From positions 186,001-250,000 of the forward strand of contig CT868374.1 in NCBI GenBank assembly GCA_000165425.1: a stretch of 64,000 nucleotides of DNA, in the 5' to 3' direction. Position 1 is the stretch's first letter, and each line of letters starts with the position of its first letter. Shown piece after piece: positions 54,965 to 64,000 of this stretch. The translations under genes and the position numbers were made by a program. Under the pieces are notes generated by a model that saw only the letters and a program-made list of their open reading frames with translations, was not told the origin of the DNA and ran no database searches. The DNA is from Paramecium tetraurelia. Taxonomy: Eukaryota.

Positions 54965-55862
54965 TTAAAAGAAAAACCATAAAAAATATCTGTATTTATA
55001 AATGGAAGTGTTTCATTAAGTGACTTCTAATTTATGAAATACATTTATTACAATCCTTACACTTAGTATGATGAATGTATAAATGTACATCATGGCAATT
55101 ACTAAAGTGAAATTTGGGATTTAATAGTTTGGGGTGTATAAAATTAAGAACCTATGGGTATTTAATAGAGTTTTAAATTTAGATGTGAAATTGGCAGAAT
55201 TATATAGCAATACTTGTGGTTCAAAATGCCTGAATATTTGGCTAAATTAGTCGCGGACTTTTATAAATTTGAAGTTGGAGACACAAGTAACTGTTGTGGT
55301 TATTTTGGTAGATTCTTAAGTTAGAAAAAGATGGATAGAAATCAATGGAAATTGTCATGATATTAGTACTAACAAAGTATATTCCCACATAAATGATGAA
55401 GCATTTGTTCTTAATAGGATATTGAGCTCTCACATGCAATCGAATGTAAGCAAGAATCCAAAGGAATAAGTAGAGCATTATTGAATACAATTCATTCTTA
55501 TCGTAAATTTGTTAGATATGGTGTACCATCAAAAGAAATGTTAGTACGATTTATTTAGAGATATATTTAAAGCAACAAAATTTGATAGTAAAACAAAATA
55601 TTTATCTCATTATTAATTTATTAATTGTTCTCATTATTTTTATGAAATCTTCTTACTTATCTTATTATGGAAATCTTATTAATTTATTCTTAAATTATAA
55701 TGATTTTCAATTTTTGTTTAAAAAATGAGGATTATTTTAATAATTGAATAAATCAAAAGAAATAGACAGAATCTGAGATTAATTGATAAATTACTACAAC
55801 TCCACAAATAGTTTAGTAAAGTTATTAGTAAAATTAGTTATATATTATTTAATTAATTTATA

Positions 55863-57920
55863 ATGAACTATGAATGGTTTTAGGATGATAATCAAATAAA
55901 ATTACGCTTTGAAATCAAAAATACTAGAAGCGATAATCTTGACATCTAAGTAGCTGATGTAGTTGTGAAAGTAAATGTGCTGGACAAGAAATTTGCTAAA
56001 ACAATTGACTTGTTGGCTCCTGTTCTTGAAGGCAATATTAAATATGGAGCAGATGTACTCGAGGTCACATTAATCAAAGTGCAACCTGGCAAATGGCCAC
56101 AATTGAGTCCATCACTTAGTAAAGAGGAATTGATTCAAAGAAGAAAGGATGTAACTTATACAGATTATTTAAGGCATTTTTGAGAAAAGATTAAGAAATC
56201 CAAGCTTAAAAGAAATTAAAAGAAGACCTTAAATAACAATTTGACTAACATGCCACTAAGGAATAGATCAAGGTAGATGATCGTGAAAGAAACTTAATTA
56301 AATAAAAGCAAGAACAATAAAAAAGTGATGCAGTCTCTGATCTGTATGATTAAATTGGCTAAGATTCAAAATTTAAGTAGAATTAAGTAGTCTAATAAGA
56401 AGCAAATGAAGACTAAATAGAGGAAAAATTAAAAAAATATGAAGAATTTGAAAAATAATAGGATCAGAATTAAAAGTAAAAACCAAAACAATCACAACCT
56501 ATATCTGAAAACAATGACATCTTCACTAATGAAGATGTAAAAAAATAAGAAAAACAAGCTAAAGGTCCAATTCCAGAACCTAGAAAAGCAGCAGCAGTTT
56601 AAATGACCTTTACAGAAAAAATATACCCTCATTTGGCAGCACGTGAACAACATTTCAAAGATGCCCCTGTTCCTAGATAAAAGAATCTTCCAATTACTGA
56701 ACAAAGAGAAAATCCTCTCTTCCTAAAAGATAAAGCAGATGAATTTTTCAGAAATAAAGATTACTATTCTGCCATCAATGCCTATTCAGCTGCATTCAAG
56801 TATGATAATTAAATGTTTGCTTGTATTGCTAATAGAGCTGCTTGTTATTTAGCTTTGTTTAATTTTTAAGAATGCATTGATGATTGTTAAATCATAATTA
56901 AACTGGAGAAAAAAGATTCCTTATATGATAAATGTTTAAAAAGGCTGAAAGTATGTCAAGCATGGAAAGGAGATTTGGATGATGCTTTGAGTGGAGATCT
57001 TCCAGAAGAAGCCAAATAAATTATTTAAAACAGAATTGAATCAAATAAATATAAAAATCAAGGTGATGCATACATGACAACATCTCAATATTAAAAGGCT
57101 ATTGAAATGTATCTAAGATCTTTGTAGAATGATGCAGACAATGAATTAAGTCTTAGTAATATAGGATTGGCATATATGAAAGTAAATTAGATTGATAAAG
57201 CTCTGGAAAATATTGAGAAGGCTATTTAAAAAGTTAAACCATTTTTATAGTATGTCAATTTGAATCCCAATATTGGAAGGTAGAGTTCATTTGCTGGCAA
57301 TGAGTTCCTATTAAAAAATCTAATGAAGAAATCTAATTGCTTATTCGAGTTAAACTAAGAGTAGGATGCTTTAAATACTGTTAAATAAGCATTGATTATA
57401 GATGAGACCAATGCTGAAGCCAGAAGTATCATGAATAAGATCTAGGACAAATTAGTTAAATAAGAGGTACTTAAATTAAAAGAGACTGCAACTGAGAGAT
57501 TAAAATAACAGAAGTATGCTGATTCATTGGAATTATATAATTAATGTCTAAAGAAATTAAGTCCTTAAGAGGATTTGATGGATTTCTTAGCAGTGCTATT
57601 GAATAGATGCATTTGTTGTTTCTTTTTAAATTAATTTGATGAGATTGTAGGTTCTTGCACCAGAGGAATTAAAATAATATAGATTCAACAAAATAAGTAT
57701 GATTATATTACGATAGCATTTTAGAATTCTATCGTTTGAGAAGATTACAAAGGAACAGAAGGACAAGTTGCAGGACTTTTTAGTGAGGTTTTATGTTCGT
57801 AGATCGAATGCTTATGTAAAATAAAACCAAATCTATCATGCCAAATGTGATCTGCAAGAGGCTTTGAAATTAGATCCTCAGAATGAATAAATAAAAAAGG
57901 ATTTAGAAAAATTGAAGTGA
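55863..57920 (+). CDS. DNAAF4: Dynein axonemal assembly factor 4 (DYX1C1/PF23): CS domain + coiled coil + TPRs
   Basis: MNYEWFQDDNQIKLRFEI...DVVVKVN (CS/p23); PEPRKAAAVQMTFTEKIYPHLAAREQ; NPLFLKDKADEFFRNKDYYSAINAYS...ANRAACYL plus further TPRs. Confidence 0.88.
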
Positions 57921-57949
57921 ATGTTGTATTTTAAATGTCAATATATATT

Positions 57950-58931
57950 TCATAAGAAATATGGTAAAACATTTTTGGGTGGTTGACTGTTAGCAGATTC
58001 TGGGACTTCTTTGAACATTACAAAGTCTCTTTTCAAATTTTCATCAAGAGAAAGCATAGATGCTGCATTACCACATCTGTAGCAATAATTTGGGGCTGAC
58101 CACACTGTTACGAGTTATTCCTACGATAAATTATGATCTTACTTCAAACCAGTATTAGTAACCATCTTAAACTAATTGATGTGCACGAGCAATTAATTCT
58201 AAGCCATTGATATGATTAAAATCATGTGTCACCTTTTTACCAAATATCCAACCTGCTCCTCTTGTATTTAATGCCCAAGTATCTACTTCTTCTGGATCTG
58301 ACCACATCAAATCACAAAATGGACCTTCATGAGGAATTTCAGTTTTACGATCTAATTACAGTATTTCCATCTTCCTTACCTATTGTTCTTATTTAATCGA
58401 TTGTTCTTAACTCTGGAGAAAGTCCTCCATGAACACATAAGACCTTTCCATCTACCAGAGCTCCCAAAGGAAGATAGTCGAAAACATCTGTAAAATATCG
58501 CCAAGGATTTGCATTGCCATACTTTCTCACAATTTCATCATAGAAACCATAAACTTAAGTAATTTGTCTCGATTCGTGATTTCCTCTCAATAATGTAATG
58601 TTGTCAGGGTATTTAAGTTTCAAACAAAGCAAATACTCGAATGTCTCGACTGAATTGTATCTACAATCAAAAACCTACAATACCCACGATCAACAAAATC
58701 CCCAATAAATATATAGTTGGCATTTGGTATCTATCCTCCCTTATTGAATAGCTCTAACAAATCAAAGAACTGTCCATGAATGTCTCCACAAATTATTACT
58801 GGAGCCTTCACTTAATGTACATTTGATTCTTCTATAAAAATCTCCTTTGCATGCTCACAAACCAATCGCACATCTCTCTCAGTCAAACACCTGCCATTTT
58901 TTAGGGTTTCGAGGTATTTATCGATATCCAT
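57950..58931 (-). CDS. PPP6C: Ser/Thr protein phosphatase 6 catalytic subunit (PP6/SIT4-like)
   Basis: [83 protein letters not shown]-terminal PYFL*. Confidence 0.93.
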
Positions 58932-59930
58932 TTAAATTTTAAAATTATTTCTCTCGTATATTAAATCATCTATAATACAATATTCAAAATTTATATTATC
59001 TCATCATTCTATTAATGGTTTTATTCTAGATATTTTATATTTCAAAATCTTGTCTCATAGAAGTAGAACATAAGCCATAACTATAATTGCATTAATAAAA
59101 ATTTAGAAATTCATTTCAAAGATATATTCCTTTCATCTGATAGATGTTCTATTAAAGTTTATTTGTTTTATCAATCTAATTTTTGTTTAAAATTGCATAT
59201 CATAAATCTAATGAACACTTTCATTATATTGATTCAAATAATAGAAGAATAAAACATCATTTACTTCATAAAAATAATATTTATCTAAGAAAGTCCATTA
59301 TTTTTGGTTAAAATCAATTAATATTTCAAAAGATCCGATTATATTAACTACAAACTTATAGGTAGGATTTCATACTATCCTATCTTACTATTAATAAATA
59401 ATAAAAGATTACTTACATAGGGATAAAGACTCATTCAAACTTATGAATTAATTAAATTATAAAATATCCTTGATGCTAAGCCTACCTATTATTTAACAGC
59501 TATATAGTTATAAGAAATTCCTTCAAAAATTAAAAAAAGTCATTATATCTCTCTCAAAATCAGCTAGTATTTTTATTGTCATAAAAAAGATACTAATAAA
59601 TTATAAAATTGTGTTCTGAATACTGCTATTTAATATCTCTTCACTTTTAGTACTCAACTTCAGAGCTAAATTTGATAAAATAATTAAATAAACAAAAATG
59701 AAACTATTTCATATGATTCAAAAGTTTTAAATTATTAAAGAATCATCTTGACTCAAAATTTAGGAAATATTTACAAATATTCTTGCAATTAATTACTAAA
59801 ATTAAGTAACTTAATATATTGACATCTATGGATTTAAGGTAGACTTATAAGACATCTAGTTTAAGTTAGAACCCAATAATTCAAACTAATTTATTTAATA
59901 AAGTACATAATTATATAATTTAAATTTAAA

Positions 59931-62900
59931 ATGGAAGTTGAATTGCATTAATAAATCCCTCCATAACTCAATGTTTAAGTTGCAATTAGAGTTCGTCCTT
60001 TCAATGAAAAGGAATTGAAGTAAAAAGAAGGTGTATGTTTGGAGACATCCGAAAAATAAGTAACCCTTTTGCAAAGTGCTCGTTTGTTCACATTTGATTA
60101 TGTTTTCGACTAAAATGCTTCTCAAGATCAAGTCTACAAAAAGTAAATTTCATAATTAATATCGTAACAGGTGTGTGAGTAATTTAGTTTAGAGGTGCTT
60201 TGAAGGTTATAATAGTACGATTCTAGCATATGGCTAAACAGGATCAGGGAAAACTCATACTATGGGTACCACTGGAGTAGATTAGCTAGCAAGTATTGCA
60301 AATTCTCTATGAAGATAAAAATAACATGGGAATGATTCCAAGAGTAATAACTCAAATTTTCGAAGAAATTGAAAAAATAGACTAAGAAATCCTTATTTCT
60401 TGTTCCTATTTAGAATTATACAATGAATAAATCATAGATCTCTTGTAGGAGACTTCAATATCAAGTCAACCCACCATAAGGGAAGAGAAAGATCGCACAA
60501 TAACGATATTAAATTTAACTACAATATTAGTAAATAATCCAAATGAAATGCTTTAAGTATTAAATAGAGGAGCTGTCCATAGGACAACGGCAGCTACATA
60601 AATGAATATGACAAGCAGTAGATCACATGCAATTTTTACAATCTACTTTAAAATAAATCCCAAGGATGATTCTGAAGATGGCACTTTGAATGCAAAATTT
60701 CACTTTGTTGATCTAGCAGGAAGTGAAAGATTGAAGAAGACTTTGGCCCAAGGGAAGACAATGGAGGAAGGAATCAATATAAATCAGAGCCTTTTGGTTT
60801 TGGGCAATGTGATAAAAACTTTGAGTGATTAAAAAAAGAAAAGTCAAACTCATATTCCCTACAGAGAGAGTAAATTAACTAGGTATTGAATATTTAATAA
60901 CAACAGAATATTGTAAGATTCTTTGGGGGGTAATTCCAATACTTGTATGATAGCTTGTGTGTCTCCTGCTGAAAGCAATTACGAGGAGACTCTAAACACT
61001 TTGAAATATGCATCTAGGGCTAGGGAAATTTAAAACAAGCCCACTTAGAATAGAGTATATCAATATAATTAGTATATCAGGACCCTCATGCAATATAAAT
61101 ATTGGGTTTGCGATAAGAGATAGCAGTCTTAGTAGAGTAGAATAAGTAGTTTTAAGAATTGCTTTAAGTGAATGGAGTTAAATTTGATTCAATAAAAAAG
61201 GTTTCGATAAATCAATATTCTTCAAATATCCCCCATACATGTGAGGAGCATTTAGAAATGATTCAGAAGTAGAAATAAGCCTTGCTTGTATGGGAACGTC
61301 TTGGATCTCAGCATAAATTGGAGGTGCAAAAATTATAATCTTAATTAAATGATTAAGAGATTGAATTACACAATTTGAAAAAGAAAAAAGATATTATTTT
61401 TAAGCAATTCTAAGAAGCAAAGAAGTAAAATTTAATTATAATATAGAATATTGCAAAAGTTTAATATACCATTTACTAATTATGATGAAGATGATGAAAT
61501 CGAGGATTTATATGATGAAGTTGATAAGCTAAAATAAGAATCAAAAGAAAAAGATTATAAAATTCTAACTATGCAGAAGGAAATAGATGAGCTATTACAG
61601 GTAGTTTATATTGTTTAAATACTAGGATAGGATGCACACAGAGATCAATACATCTTGTGTAAAAAATAGAAGGAGTTGATGGTTCTTTAGAGGAAACTTG
61701 AGAAATTGGAACCTAAAGATAACTTTGAATCACCAGCCCAAGATTCAGAGTGCGATGAAGAAGTCGTTTGCAATGATTCCATGATCAAAGAGACAAATTT
61801 ATAGATTGAAGAATTTGAAAGCAATTTATAGGTGATGACTATTAAAAATTTCGAACTCAAACGCTAATTGGCTGAAGATATGAAGAAGGAATTTCAACAG
61901 TAGATTTCTATTCTAGAAGCATAAAAGTCCTCACTTATGAAGCAAGTTAATTAAAAATAGGATGCTACCTAATTAAATGCTTTGAAAGTTAAATTGTAAG
62001 AATATGAATCTAAGATCACTGAAATGAGGTTGAAAGAATCAAAATATGAGATAAATGTAGAAGAAATTGGAAGAATAGGAAAATTAGGTTAAGGATTTAA
62101 AGATCAATATAGAAAAAATGAAAAAATAGAAAGTAGAGTTGGTTAAGAAAATGAAGTAAGATAACGAAAAGTACATTAAGGATAAGGAGGAGAAATAAAA
62201 AGAATTGATTTTAATTAAAAAACTTAAAATTTAATAAGATGCTGCTTTAAGTAAGTTAAAAAATGAAAATTGTAAGAAGGAAGTACTTCTTAGAAGAAAG
62301 GAAGATGAAATATTAAAATAAAGGAATGAGAAGGTTATTGATAAGGGGTCAAGTCTTTCATTTAAGAAATCTTAAAAAGCGTAAACTTATGATTCAATGG
62401 AGAAACAAATAGAGTCATTGTTCTCGCAATTGATTTCTGGAGGATAGGCAGAAGACTAAATCAAAAGAGAAATAACAAAGTTAGAACAATTGTAGGAGGA
62501 AGTGAATTAAATAGAACAGAAAATCTGTTAGTTATAAATAAAAAGAGAATAAACATCATTTGATCAGAATAATAAGAATAGCCTAAACTAGATTGAATTA
62601 GAATTGAGTGATATCATAATCATAAGAGAGAATATAAATGAGACGATTGATTATTAATTGCATAAGATAGAATAATTAAGAAAGAGTTGCAATAATTGCA
62701 CGGAAGTTTATACAAATTTTTTAACGAATTCTGAATTGAGAGATCTTCCAAATTGGTGTATTAAAATATTTAAATATGTAATTGATAATTGGATTAAAGA
62801 TCATTTGCAAATGTAGAACTTTAGTCAATAGAATGATGAATTTTAATAAATAATTTAAGAATTACAACAATAGTTATAAAAACCACTTTAAGAGATTAAT

Positions 62901-64000
62901 TGCAATTCTCCTACTTTTAAAAAGAAGATAATCAAATCACAAGTTTCCTCTTAACCAAGTGATGCATTGGAACTCAGAAAGTAGCTTAATGATCAAAAAA
63001 GAAAGTATTAGTTCTTATAGAATGAAAATAAAAATATGATATCTGATTTAGAGTATTATAAGAAGTTCTATACAGAGCACATCAACAAAGTATAGAAAGA
63101 TAAATGTATTGGGTTAAGTGATTCATTTTAACTTCCATAAAGTTAAAGTTATCAATAGATAAGAGATGCTTATAAATTAGAAAGGACAAAGCAGAAGGAA
63201 CTGTCATTAAATTTAAGTTTTTAAAAGCCTTACCTCTAAAATTCAGCTCTTAAGATGGCTAAAGTATGTAAATCAGATAGAGAGGGATATACTGATCAAT
63301 TCAGCTAGGCACAAGAAGAGCAGGAATTAAGATATGAGTATTAATTGTTTATTTATTATTTAATAGCCTAATCAAATCAATACCAGGTCACGAGAATCCA
63401 ATATTGTGTGTGTATACAATGTAGAACTTGTTGTGTTCAAGTGCATTTAGATCTGTCAAGATATGGGATATGGATGCATAATCTCATCTTATATCTTTGG
63501 ATGCAAATACACATGTTAAATCGATATGCCATTGGCCTGAGAGGAATGCTATTGCAGTATCTCATGGATCCCTAATTTCATTGTATGACATGACATCTTT
63601 TCAACTACAAAGTGTTTTAAAATCCTCAATAGAAGAAATTAGAGTGATGACCAGACATAATGGTTTACTTGTGGCTGGAGGAAAAGGCATTAATTATGCT
63701 ATGAACGTGTGGGATGCAAGATCGAATAAGTATTGAAATGTAGTTATATATTTTAGTTAAATTCATGAATTCGAAAAGTAAAGTGACGTTATGTGTTTAC
63801 AATAATCAGATTAGACTCAAGAATTGATTTGGGGAACTTTTAATCACAATGTGAGGAAAATGATGATGAATAGTAATAAATGTGGCTAGATTGCATAAAT
63901 GACACCTCCACATTATGATAAGGTTACTGGAGTTGGTTTGCTTGATAATTGGATTGTGAGTTGCTCATTTGGCAAAGGAATGAGGATGTGGAATTAAGTG
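59931..64000 (+). CDS. Kinesin-4 family motor, KIF21-like (motor + coiled coil + C-terminal WD40); 3' end runs off the window
   Basis: [71 protein letters not shown]; long stalk; WD40 repeats GHENPILCV...[19 protein letters not shown]. Confidence 0.93.

Noticed and set aside
55050..55560. Fragment KRWIEINGNC resembling the end of a RING-H2 domain
   Set aside because: Other zinc ligands absent and frames broken; too weak to call
58940..59920. 1-kb AT-rich gap with a long TGA-free frame
   Set aside because: No clear start or recognisable motif; could be intergenic or an old remnant

Overview
AT-rich, gene-dense macronuclear DNA of a ciliate, most consistent with Paramecium. TAA/TAG encode Gln, TGA is the only stop, and introns are about 20-35 nt GT..AG, so the supplied standard-code ORF track is mostly fragments or antisense shadows. 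Re-translation by eye gives about 35 intact genes and several decaying remnants. Recognisable genes: delta-COP, RPS15A, RPS13, RPL34, two trichocyst matrix proteins, an epiplasmin, a sterol desaturase-family enzyme, a small Tim, SPEF1, a cyclin, a class I glutamine amidotransferase, a dual-specificity phosphatase, SAP18, a TPR-SET protein, TTC27, UTP11, DNAAF4, PP6 catalytic subunit and a KIF21-like kinesin. No rRNA, tRNA, CRISPR, transposon or telomere was seen. Most interesting: (1) a VHS-like + coiled-coil + alpha-adaptin-ear protein resembling a GGA-type monomeric adaptor; (2) three apparently intact pseudo-enzymes within about 9 kb (histidine kinase H>R, USP with catalytic Cys>Ser, UAP1-like lacking its nucleotide loop); (3) head-to-head gene pairs with ATGs only 10-28 nt apart; (4) a 50% GC island encoding a possible RVxF microprotein. 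All family calls come from motif recall, not database searches, and coordinates were hand-counted.
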